Assembly (NCBI GenBank): GCA_016788805.1
Contig: JAEUSE010000001.1
Coordinates: forward strand, 1 to 25,095
Direction of reading: 5' to 3'
Source: Candidatus Doudnabacteria bacterium
GTDB taxonomy: Bacteria > Patescibacteriota > Doudnabacteria > UBA920
Length of the DNA stretch: 25,095 nucleotides
Shown one piece after another: positions 8,008-16,502 of this stretch. The notes beneath the pieces were generated by a model. It did no database searches and was not told where the DNA came from. It worked only from the letters and a program-made list of their open reading frames with translations. The position numbers and the translations under genes are program-made. Numbering within the stretch: position 1 is the stretch's first letter; each line of letters starts with the position of its first letter.

Positions 8008-10397
8008 AAAAGGCGCTTCTAATCGATGGACAAGTCTTTCAGAGTGCTGCCTGGCATCGAGGTATGGGAAAGTATTCCCTAGCACTGCTACAGTATCTCC
8101 TACAAAACCGTAACTACTCATATAGCAAAACCATGATCATCTTTAATAGCTCATTGCCGCTAGAAGAAGAAGCGATAATTGCCATAAAAAATGCATTACC
8201 GGACGCCAACCAAATATTTCTTGACTTGAAAATTCCAAATGACCCGGCAAAGGTGGATATTCCATTGATGCAGACAGAGAATCGGGAGATATTAGAAAAG
8301 AATATTTCAAGTAAACTTGGGGTAACCGAATACGATTTTTTAATACTAGCACTTTTTATAGATCAAGTTTGTTCCGTATTTCCGAAAACGTCTCATACGA
8401 ATCTACTCGTTTTTTATGATTTAATCCCACTGCAATACATTGAGAGATATAAGGGCTTGTCTGCTTTTCCAAACTATCTAAAGCGTTTTACCGAACTATT
8501 CAAGGCAGATGTGTTGTGGGCGATATCACAAACCGTTGCGGACGATTTGGTGATAAACCTAGGGATTTCTGCGAGTAAGGTTGTTAACATTGACGGTGCG
8601 CCAATTCAGAGAAAAGATATTACGAATAAAAAACCTAAACTCAAACTCCCCGAAAGATACCTGCTCATGCCATCTGGTAACGAGCTGAGAAAAAATAATT
8701 TGCGTGCAGTACAGGGCTTTGAACAATACCGAAGAAAAACCGGTGATGATATCAAGTTGGTGCTTAGTTCTTACTTTGACGAGGGTACGAAGAGTCAGCT
8801 AATGGCCGAATCAGACAGCATCATCTTTAGCGGCAACGTATCTGAGGCAGAGTTGGCTTGGATGTATCAGCATGCGGAAGCACTTCTTTTTGTGCCCGAG
8901 TATGAGGGGCTAGGATTACCAATACTCGAAGCAGTTGAAGTGAATCTTCCTATTATTTGCTCCAATATCGGAGTATTTAATGAAATAGCAACGGACGCGT
9001 TCTTTTACTGTGACTACCTTGATTCTAGCTCTATATGCACGGCAATCGAGACAGCACTCTCGGCAGATGATGAAGCTCTATTGATTAAACTTTCTGAGTA
9101 CAAAGCCATATTGCAACGCTACAGTTGGCCTCAAACCGCTCAAAAAGCACTGGCATCTTTGAGTAGAAGGGCAACAAAAAAAACTAGCAACAATCGAATG
9201 AAGCTTGCCGTGCTAGGACCTAATCCCGCTGGATATTCTGCAATCGGAAAGCTAGTTGTACAGATGCACCCAAGTCTCAGTGAGCACTTTGACATTGATT
9301 ATTATCTCGAAAGCGCCAAGACAAGTCACTCGCTACCGCGGGTTGAATACCTGTCTTCTATAGCAAATGTTTGCGATGCATCGATGTTTACCAAAAAGAC
9401 TTATAAAAAGTATGATGCGGTCCTATACCACATTGGCAACAGTGAGTTTCACGTCGAGACAATACGGAGCGGGCTATATCTACCTGGACATGCAATTATT
9501 CATGATACTCATCTGGGTAATATTTTCGAGGGAGAGTTATTGGCTCACAACTATATCTCGAAACAGCGATATGAACAGGAAACCATACTTGGCAACGATA
9601 TAGATGGCCGCGGAGCAAGCTTTTTGTGCTCCCTAGTTAGTAGGCAGATTAGTCTGATTGCACATTCAGGGTACGCAACGGATGTAATTCGTACGCAAAT
9701 TATCAATCATCGTGCACAGGTGGCACAGGCAAGCTTACCGGTTCCCGCACCCAAAAGGCTTACATTGAAGAAGCAAGACGAAAAATTCACGATAGGCTTT
9801 GCTGGTATAATTCATCCCGCAAAGGGACTACATGTAATTGAAAGAATTGCACAAGATGATACGTTCTCAAGCTGTAACATTCATATTTTTGGTATGTCGC
9901 TCGTACCTAACGAAACCCTTGATCGATTAAGAGCATATCCTAATGTAACGGTAGACATCAACGTAACTGATTTTGAATTTCAAATGATGCTCAGGCGTCT
10001 CGATGTTCTTGTAAATTACAGAAAAGAATATAGAGGTGAAGCGTCTGCAGCGACGCTAGAAGCGATGCGATTTGGGGTTATACCTATCGTAACAAAAATT
10101 GGCTGGTACGATGAACTCCCTGATACAGTTGCACTAAAGGCAGGCACTGAAGATGAGGTTATTGAGCGTATCCTTGAATATATCAGAACTAGTTTCCCGG
10201 ATAGACAGAAACGAGCAAATGCCGCAAGGGCATACGTAGAAGAGCAACACAGCTATGAAGAGTATGCTAAGAACCTACACGAGCTTATTAGTGGCAAAAA
10301 TAACGGTACGTTAAATAGTGTAATCGCAAAAGCGATTAAATCAGGTATATCGAAGAAGAAATTATTGAAAATAATCTCTGATCTTAATAGCGCATAA
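8004..10397 (+). CDS. Two-domain GT4-GT4 glycosyltransferase (WbdA-like polymerase candidate)
   Basis: First GT-B module with RGMGKYS, RKNNL and YEGLGLPILEA. The second module starts near aa 399 (MKLAVLGP, nt 9198) and has YHIGNSEFH, IIHDT and GEASAATLEA. Confidence 0.85.
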   Translation: MKKALLIDGQVFQSAAWHRGMGKYSLALLQYLLQNRNYSYSKTMIIFNSSLPLEEEAIIAIKNALPDANQIFLDLKIPNDPAKVDIPLMQTENREILEKNISSKLGVTEYDFLILALFIDQVCSVFPKTSHTNLLVFYDLIPLQYIERYKGLSAFPNYLKRFTELFKADVLWAISQTVADDLVINLGISASKVVNIDGAPIQRKDITNKKPKLKLPERYLLMPSGNELRKNNLRAVQGFEQYRRKTGDDIKLVLSSYFDEGTKSQLMAESDSIIFSGNVSEAELAWMYQHAEALLFVPEYEGLGLPILEAVEVNLPIICSNIGVFNEIATDAFFYCDYLDSSSICTAIETALSADDEALLIKLSEYKAILQRYSWPQTAQKALASLSRRATKKTSNNRMKLAVLGPNPAGYSAIGKLVVQMHPSLSEHFDIDYYLESAKTSHSLPRVEYLSSIANVCDASMFTKKTYKKYDAVLYHIGNSEFHVETIRSGLYLPGHAIIHDTHLGNIFEGELLAHNYISKQRYEQETILGNDIDGRGASFLCSLVSRQISLIAHSGYATDVIRTQIINHRAQVAQASLPVPAPKRLTLKKQDEKFTIGFAGIIHPAKGLHVIERIAQDDTFSSCNIHIFGMSLVPNETLDRLRAYPNVTVDINVTDFEFQMMLRRLDVLVNYRKEYRGEASAATLEAMRFGVIPIVTKIGWYDELPDTVALKAGTEDEVIERILEYIRTSFPDRQKRANAARAYVEEQHSYEEYAKNLHELISGKNNGTLNSVIAKAIKSGISKKKLLKIISDLNSA

Positions 10398-10440
10398 GAA
10401 ATAGCAACAAGCGTTACATTAGTGCGTACATTATCAGTGC

Positions 10441-12180
10441 CTATGGCACTGATACATCGAGCCAAACGAGTCCGCCCATATTCCACATAGTGGATCCTTC
10501 GAGTATCGGCTGAAAGAATTGCCGATACGTACCACTAGCTTGTGCTTGGGCAACGCTAAACGCGAAACTAAACTCTGCGATCTGACCGGGCAAAGCGACA
10601 TGTTGGTTCGCGGCAAGCGTAACACCGTCTGCTTCATAGACACGCGAGAAAGTGCCAGATGCACGGTTGTTGGTAGGCCAAGAAGCACTAAGTGGACTCG
10701 CATTGTTTATGGGATTAGCTGTGGCAAGATGAACGGGGTAAGTTTTGCTGATTAATGCGCTCGTATCATCATACCAGGGCAGAGTGCCACTATTTGAGAA
10801 TCGGAAGAATGAAGTAGTTGATTGCCCCTTTTGGACTATGGGGTAAATGCTTTGGCCAGCAAATGTAGCTGCGAAGGTTACAGGCTTTACTGTTATTGCA
10901 GTCCAGGCTACGCCGCCCATATTCCACATTGCGGAACCTTCCAGGACGGGTTGGAAGTACTCTCGATATGTACCGACGGGCGCGTTTGCAGTAAGAGTAA
11001 AATCGAATTGTACGATTTGCCCTGGTTGAGCAATGTGCTGATTTGGTGCCAATGTTACGCCATCGGCTTCATAGACATGCGCAAACGTACCTGTCGCACG
11101 ATTATTGGCCGGCCAGCCACTACTGAACTGACTGGCGGTGTTTATGGGCTGAGTTGTAGCCAAGTGAACAGGATATGTTTGGTACTGGGGGGCACTCACG
11201 TCGTCATACCAAGGAAGATTACCTGCATTTGAATAGCGCAATGACGATAGTGTTGAGCGTCCAGATACGATGGTCGGATATGCGCTCTGCCCGGCATATG
11301 TTGCTGCGAATTTGCGTGATGTTACACCGAACCAGTCGTTGAAATAAACCCAAAAATTACGGTTTCCATACGCGCTACATCCATCATCCTGGCCGCCATA
11401 GAGGTTGCTTAGCGCCATTGCGTTCGGTTGGTAAGGTGTGTAGTTATATAATGCGGCGGTACCCTGTGTTTCGATATACACAGGGCTACTACCACAGGAA
11501 GAGGGGACATCCCATTGGATATTACGCGTCACACCAGCTTTAAAGTTATAACTATCAGGGTAGGTAACATATCGACGCATTTGTTTAGCAGCGCTAGTTA
11601 CTTGATTGTAAAAGCCGTAATAGCTCGTATCGCAGTTAGCGGAACCGCCTACACCACTATCTGGGCAAGCATAACCCATCGCTCTATTATATTGCCAAGT
11701 TGCTGACCATGGGTCTGTGACGAGTGCTGTTTCTTTTTGTAGCATTACAAGTAACACTTGAGGGTTAATGCTATAAAGTTGCCCGGCATCCCAAATTATT
11801 TGTGCAGCACTTTTACCTCCATTTACCACCACGGGACTACCGTCAGCATTAAAACGCCCGATGTTATTTTCATGGGTAGTTGGGTTCTCGTTATATTCCT
11901 TCAGGCAAGTGTAGGGCGGTTGGTTATACACGCCACCCAACCAAAAAAATGCTTGATGGTTACGATCGCAGGTAGGTACTTTTGCATTCAAGAAATCTTG
12001 AATCTGCTGTGGCGTCATCGTGTCTTTATTGAAGAATATTGAATCGTCAATTATGTGGCCAGCTTTCCAGTCTGCCGCGGTGATTGCGCTAGCATTTGAC
12101 GGTAGGTACGACACCGCCAAAGCCAGGCAGAGAGAGCTGACTAGAGAGATGTAGACTACGGCCCGTCGCGTCTGTTTCAT
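10441..12180 (-). CDS. Secreted protein: signal peptide, lysozyme-like/'hemagglutinin'-type domain (aa ~33-285) and two tandem Ig-like repeats
   Basis: Signal peptide ending ASA. INPQVLLVMLQKE, AMGYACPD, ALYNYTPY and YGNRNFW motifs match a domain I recognise from actinobacterial and Saccharibacteria secreted proteins. The repeats are directly visible. Confidence 0.7.
   Translation of the reverse strand: MKQTRRAVVYISLVSSLCLALAVSYLPSNASAITAADWKAGHIIDDSIFFNKDTMTPQQIQDFLNAKVPTCDRNHQAFFWLGGVYNQPPYTCLKEYNENPTTHENNIGRFNADGSPVVVNGGKSAAQIIWDAGQLYSINPQVLLVMLQKETALVTDPWSATWQYNRAMGYACPDSGVGGSANCDTSYYGFYNQVTSAAKQMRRYVTYPDSYNFKAGVTRNIQWDVPSSCGSSPVYIETQGTAALYNYTPYQPNAMALSNLYGGQDDGCSAYGNRNFWVYFNDWFGVTSRKFAATYAGQSAYPTIVSGRSTLSSLRYSNAGNLPWYDDVSAPQYQTYPVHLATTQPINTASQFSSGWPANNRATGTFAHVYEADGVTLAPNQHIAQPGQIVQFDFTLTANAPVGTYREYFQPVLEGSAMWNMGGVAWTAITVKPVTFAATFAGQSIYPIVQKGQSTTSFFRFSNSGTLPWYDDTSALISKTYPVHLATANPINNASPLSASWPTNNRASGTFSRVYEADGVTLAANQHVALPGQIAEFSFAFSVAQAQASGTYRQFFQPILEGSTMWNMGGLVWLDVSVP
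10444..10875 (-). repeat. Intragenic ~145-aa repeat, copy 2 (aa 436-579)
   Basis: Same motif string as copy 1 with long identical blocks (YPVHLAT, VYEADGVTLA, MWNMGG). Confidence 0.9.
10882..11310 (-). repeat. Intragenic ~145-aa repeat, copy 1 (aa 291-433)
   Basis: FAATYAGQS-YP...PWYDD...TYPVHLAT..PIN...VYEADGVTLA.NQH...PGQI...GTYR..FQP.LEGS.MWNMGG is shared with copy 2. Confidence 0.9.
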
Positions 12181-12740
12181 TTACGGACCTCGACCTTTTG
12201 GCTATCAGAGCCAGTTGCCGTATCATTCTTTGCCGTCAGCATAATCGTGTAGTTTCCGGCAGGTATATCAGAAATAGGTATATCAAGGCTACAGCTATAG
12301 TACGTCTCAAGATTTTTAATACTGGAAGTGAAATCTTTGTTGTAGTTTGACCCGCTCAGGTTGATGGTACAGTTACCACTCTGAATGCTAACGATTGCAC
12401 GCACAACAATAGGACCGCCTGTTTCGTCTTGAGCCGCTGCTGAAAGGGACACCTGTGCCGTATTGCTAGTTGAGGATGAATCTTGGTTGTTCTGCTGCGC
12501 TTGATTCTTTATCTGATCAGCTAGCCCCGTCTCATTACTGCTGGGTGGATTGTAGTTAACGTCAGTATCACTTGTCGTTTTAGCCGGGCTAGCCGGAGCA
12601 GAAGGAGAAAGTGCTATAAAGTTAGTCACGTGCGTTTTTTCGAGTACTACAAGCAAAAGTCCGATTGTCAAGACGGCAGCAAGTGAGATTAAAACTACTT
12701 TACGTGTATTTCTTTTTTTGTGTGAGAGCTGTTTGACCAT
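12177..12740 (-). CDS. Single-pass membrane protein with Ser/Thr/Gln/Asn-rich linker and a small beta-rich (Ig-like) C-terminal domain
   Basis: Basic N-terminus (KKRNTRK), one TM helix, low-complexity linker and two Cys in the C-terminal domain. ATGA overlap with the downstream secreted protein. ATG 12740 follows an AAGGA Shine-Dalgarno; an alternative start is at 12761. Confidence 0.75.
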   Translation of the reverse strand: MVKQLSHKKRNTRKVVLISLAAVLTIGLLLVVLEKTHVTNFIALSPSAPASPAKTTSDTDVNYNPPSSNETGLADQIKNQAQQNNQDSSSTSNTAQVSLSAAAQDETGGPIVVRAIVSIQSGNCTINLSGSNYNKDFTSSIKNLETYYSCSLDIPISDIPAGNYTIMLTAKNDTATGSDSQKVEVRK

Positions 12741-12769
12741 GTTTGTTTCCTTGCAAGGCATGTAAGGTT

Positions 12770-12778
12770 ATTTTAACA
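12770..12778 (-). promoter_or_regulatory. Putative extended -10 (TGt-TAAAAT)
   Basis: 8 nt before ATG 12761 and 29 nt before ATG 12740. Confidence 0.45.
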
Positions 12779-12860
12779 TGCATGTGCTTAAAAAATCAAG
12801 TCGCCACCCCTCGTCGCAACGCAGCAATATTCTTTGCAAATGCCAATGTGCTCATTCGAG

Positions 12861-14600
12861 TTATTTTGTCTGTGGGAATGGTTGTAGCCGCTCGCGAACA
12901 TCATAATCATATATCCAGATTTTTATGACATCACCAGTTCTAATACCGGCTGCCTCAGTGCGGCTCGCCGGCTCGCCATATATCTTCACCAAGTCTTGAT
13001 CAGAACAAGACCAGTAACCATAGTTTAAGCCGCCTCTGTCGATGATCAGCGCTGTTTTTATGCCCTTTTGAGGACGATACCAATCTTCTCGCGAATCAAA
13101 TGGCACTGGTTTATTACAGTTTATCTGAGGCGTGTAGCTAATACGATTACTTGACCAAAAGCGTATAGGTGGTCCATACCAAAAATCTGTAACAATTGTA
13201 TCAACTTTATTCGCAGTCAAATAACCAATAATCTGGTTAATCGATGTTTTTGAGGGAACCGGCTTTATTTGATTCTGTACTTTGTATGCAGAACTGACGG
13301 TAGGATAATAGGTGATGATGCCGACGACTAGAACTAAACAAAGCAGTGCCACATATCTCTGCTGACTATAATACTGTCTTAATGCCCATACGAAGCCGAC
13401 GATGGCAATAAGTGGTAATAGAGTCAGGTATCTAGTGTTCATGAAGTCAATAATCTGCCCATTTCCCATATCGGCGACCGCATACCCTGAGAGGACGTAT
13501 TCGGCCAGGATGACGAAATAGCTAACTGCCAACGTCGTAAGAATGAAATTATTTTCTTCAGTAATATTCTCCTTTGCTTTGTAGCGTCTATTCGTTCTAG
13601 CCAATATTAAGATGAGCCCAATGACACCTAGTACGAGAATCATGAGATTGATGAATGCCAACAAGCTGTTGACGCCTATCTGTAGGCCAAATATTGAACC
13701 GCCCTGTAGTTCCATCAATTGTCTGAAAGTTACTTGCATTGAAGGCCAAAAATGCTCGTAGGGGAGCACGGTAGGCTTATTAAGAAAGGCATAATCAAAG
13801 TAAATCGAATGGGAGTAGGCCAATATCCATTTGATGATTTTTGCACCAATTACGACGGTTAAGATTAACGCAACAACTCGTAACATGCCCAGTGTAAATT
13901 TATGACTCTGAAACCAATACCAAACAATCACGGCTAAGATTGGCACGAGTATCGAATATATAAAGAAACTATCGCCAGCCAGCAGAAGACAAAACAATAT
14001 ACTACCAACAAGACCCCAGTAGACTTTCCTGCGAGATATGCTTTCGCTCTTTAGCAAATCGCGGATAATAAAAATAAACCACAACGACAGCGGAAATCCG
14101 ATATTCCTAAACGTAGTATTACCTATGCCAATGTTAAACGTAACCGAGGCAAACATAAGAGAGGAAAGCAGTAATATTATTGGTATCTCGTATTCTCTTC
14201 CGAAAAGTTTTATTAACAAAAATGCCCACGCTAGAATGGTGGTAAGTACGAGAAAAATGTTTAGGAAAGTGAAGCTCTTGTAGCGATATGGAAGATGACC
14301 TTGAACGTACAATACGGGTATCATTAAAATATTTGCATGAGACCCGGGAAGTGCAACGGTGTTACCCTCTACACCATGGCTGAATTGATGGGTAGCGATA
14401 AGGGCATCTGAATTAGTAGAAAAATAGTTGCTTGTATTGAACGCTGCATACACCGTCGTTAACAATAAAACTATCACAGACAACGCGAGGGCGGTTTTGT
14501 ATAAAATAGAGTTACGATTGCTGAATAGTCGTGACGCTTGATTAAGAATGAGCGGTAAGTTACGGTACTGTCTTTTAAAGATTTGATGTAGTATATTCAT
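12861..14600 (-). CDS. Polytopic GT-C-type membrane glycosyltransferase, GtrC-like (copy 1)
   Basis: About 12 TM segments, acidic NSDA after the first helix, then LAGDSFFIYSILVP, NTRYL, TDFWYG and IYGEP. This motif order resembles phage P22-type GtrC as I recall it; no search was run. Confidence 0.6.
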   Translation of the reverse strand: MNILHQIFKRQYRNLPLILNQASRLFSNRNSILYKTALALSVIVLLLTTVYAAFNTSNYFSTNSDALIATHQFSHGVEGNTVALPGSHANILMIPVLYVQGHLPYRYKSFTFLNIFLVLTTILAWAFLLIKLFGREYEIPIILLLSSLMFASVTFNIGIGNTTFRNIGFPLSLWFIFIIRDLLKSESISRRKVYWGLVGSILFCLLLAGDSFFIYSILVPILAVIVWYWFQSHKFTLGMLRVVALILTVVIGAKIIKWILAYSHSIYFDYAFLNKPTVLPYEHFWPSMQVTFRQLMELQGGSIFGLQIGVNSLLAFINLMILVLGVIGLILILARTNRRYKAKENITEENNFILTTLAVSYFVILAEYVLSGYAVADMGNGQIIDFMNTRYLTLLPLIAIVGFVWALRQYYSQQRYVALLCLVLVVGIITYYPTVSSAYKVQNQIKPVPSKTSINQIIGYLTANKVDTIVTDFWYGPPIRFWSSNRISYTPQINCNKPVPFDSREDWYRPQKGIKTALIIDRGGLNYGYWSCSDQDLVKIYGEPASRTEAAGIRTGDVIKIWIYDYDVRERLQPFPQTK

Positions 14601-14610
14601 GTATTAGGTA

Positions 14611-14616
14611 ATTATA
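14611..14616 (-). promoter_or_regulatory. Putative -10 box (TATAAT), 10 nt before ATG 14600
   Basis: Minus strand TATAAT-tacctaatac-ATG. Confidence 0.45.
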
Positions 14617-14717
14617 TAGCAAATTAGGCAGGTCCAACACTAACCGTTTCTTGCTCGATAAGGTATGACTGTGATGGCATAGGCTTTTTGGACACGGAGA
14701 AATTGAACGATGACTTG

Positions 14718-16340
14718 TTAAAGAAATTTGCTGGAGATATCGTAGTCGAAAATCATAAATGTCTTACCGTTTACATCAATAGTGCGCTTCGGTTCTCCGA
14801 ATTGTTTGGTGATATCTTCTTGCGTACAAGTCTTTGGCCCAATTATGGAAGGGTCAATAAAGTAGAATGAGGCTTCGGACTGTTTTTCGAGACGACTACT
14901 TGTTGTGAGCCACTTGAAGCGCAAGGTCTGCCCACTTTCTGTGCATGCAACGGGGAGAAAAAGGATCTGTCCGCCAGACATGTAGGTATTAATATTTGCC
15001 TGCCAGAAATTTGCGTAGCCTTTTTTAAGACCCTGAGCTTGAGCGGCGGCTACGATGTCAATGTTCAGTGCATTGCTTCGATTGGAGACTGTGCTTGAGC
15101 CCTGATCAGCCGACACGGAATGGACTGTTTGCAAAAGGTTTGCAAGGGTTGCTGCTGTAAGTAATATAGTTAGTATTCGTGACAGATTTACATTTTTATA
15201 GCGCCCTATAGCTATCGCAAGCAAGACGATGCCCGCATAGACAAAGAGCATATAAAAACGATAATTGCTGATATCTGCGAGCGTGCTAAACGCGTTAGTT
15301 AAGAAAACACTTCCAAGTACGAATACAAAAAGCACTGACCAAAGTGCTTCGATACTTGTGCGTTTAATCTCAGCAGTTTGAAGGTATTTTTTGTATGAAA
15401 ATACCGAAATGAAGATAGTAACAAGTAGTATGGCGTTAATGAGCGGAACAATTGTGGAAGCTGCAACTGGTTTACCCAAGAAATCAGCGCCAAATATATG
15501 AAAAATTTCGTGAAACGAGGCAAGGATATTACTTATAATTGACTCGAAAGTAACAAAGACCGAGGGTGCATTTGTGTTTATAAAAATTCCGGCACTTGTG
15601 CCAAGTACAGAAAAAAGTTTGTTCATCACGTAACTCAGTCCTACTGCGAGATAGAGCAATGCCGCTGTATTATTATCGATTTTCTTAAAATATTGGAGCG
15701 AGATAAGTGCGATTAAGATAGGGGCAATCGTAAAGAAGGTAAAGTAGGGGTCGCTGTACATCATAGCGCCAGTCAAGAGTATAGCGACGGACAGACCTAC
15801 TCTTGAGCGCGTCGACTTGATGACTAGGTCTTTGTTGCATACGGCTGCAACTAAGGCAAATGCTGCGAATGATAACCCCATCTCAAAACTGCGCCAATTT
15901 GAGTTGAGGTACCACGATACGATTGGGTATCCAAAACTTGCAAGCCACAAGAAGGGTAAAAGTACCGTATAAGTTAAATTAATCTTGAGCTTTTTGAGGA
16001 AGTAGAGAGAAGAATAATAGAAAAGTGTAAAAGACCCTAAAACAAGTAGGAGTGACTCGAGGATTAGGAGCTTTCTGCTATAGGTAAAAATGCTCTCGAG
16101 AACTATAAAGAAAGGAGCAAGAATTACAAAAATGTCTTTGGCGCCAAAATAAAAAGTTTGCCCGCTAAACGGCTTCCAGTCCTTAACGGCTAATTGCCAA
16201 TACACGTCGTCGCTGTTGAATGGCCTATACTTTCCGATAAATACAATATTGAAAGTGAGGACGGCAATGCTTATGCAAAAAACAATGAACCAGGGGCTCT
16301 TAATAATTGCTAGCGATCGTTCTTTTACTTGTTTAGACAT
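14718..16340 (-). CDS. Polytopic GT-C-type membrane glycosyltransferase, GtrC-like (copy 2)
   Basis: FNSDD in the first external loop, then YSDPYFTFFTIAP, FGADFLGK, NYRFY, GYANFWQAN and QFGEP. Colinear with copy 1. Start is ATG 16340 or TTG 16361. Confidence 0.62.
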   Translation of the reverse strand: MSKQVKERSLAIIKSPWFIVFCISIAVLTFNIVFIGKYRPFNSDDVYWQLAVKDWKPFSGQTFYFGAKDIFVILAPFFIVLESIFTYSRKLLILESLLLVLGSFTLFYYSSLYFLKKLKINLTYTVLLPFLWLASFGYPIVSWYLNSNWRSFEMGLSFAAFALVAAVCNKDLVIKSTRSRVGLSVAILLTGAMMYSDPYFTFFTIAPILIALISLQYFKKIDNNTAALLYLAVGLSYVMNKLFSVLGTSAGIFINTNAPSVFVTFESIISNILASFHEIFHIFGADFLGKPVAASTIVPLINAILLVTIFISVFSYKKYLQTAEIKRTSIEALWSVLFVFVLGSVFLTNAFSTLADISNYRFYMLFVYAGIVLLAIAIGRYKNVNLSRILTILLTAATLANLLQTVHSVSADQGSSTVSNRSNALNIDIVAAAQAQGLKKGYANFWQANINTYMSGGQILFLPVACTESGQTLRFKWLTTSSRLEKQSEASFYFIDPSIIGPKTCTQEDITKQFGEPKRTIDVNGKTFMIFDYDISSKFL

Positions 16341-16370
16341 TCGTGACTCTACCGGTGCCAATTATCAGGC

Positions 16371-16378
16371 AGTATAAT
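16371..16378. promoter_or_regulatory. Overlapping divergent -10 boxes (AGTATAAT)
   Basis: TATAAT on plus (16373-16378) and TATACT on minus (16371-16376), between the divergent GT-C and HAD genes. Confidence 0.45.
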
Positions 16379-16502
16379 GGTAACATATATGCAGTGCACA
16401 GGAGTTAACCATCTGGTTGATTGCATTAGGCGTAAGCCTTGATTAAGTTAAAGATTAATCTCATGCAGAAATTGTTTAACGGAACACTACCAAAAGGTGA
16501 AA

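Noticed and set aside
10444-11310. Repeats as a CRISPR array or diversity-generating retroelement template/variable pair
   Set aside because: They are two in-frame ~430-nt domain duplicates with differences at all bases, not adenine-specific ones. There are no short spacers and no reverse transcriptase or cas gene in the window.
12749-12785. Two 10-bp palindromes, CCTTGCAAGG (12749-12758) and ACATGCATGT (12776-12785), around a promoter
   Set aside because: They share only a TGCA core, several perfect 10-bp palindromes are expected by chance in 25 kb, and no regulator gene is nearby. The resemblance to the TTGCAA core of the IS481 repeat is too short to mean anything.
12861-16361. Calling the two polytopic proteins Wzy polymerase or WaaL ligase
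   Set aside because: The ABC pathway does not need Wzy. The acidic first-loop motif and C-terminal soluble domain fit GT-C/GtrC better, though a ligase role is not formally excluded.
16389-16440. Leaderless short ORF (MQCTGVNHLVDCIRRKP) after the TATAAT at 16373
   Set aside because: 17 codons with no recognisable features; it cannot be distinguished from chance without ribosome profiling.
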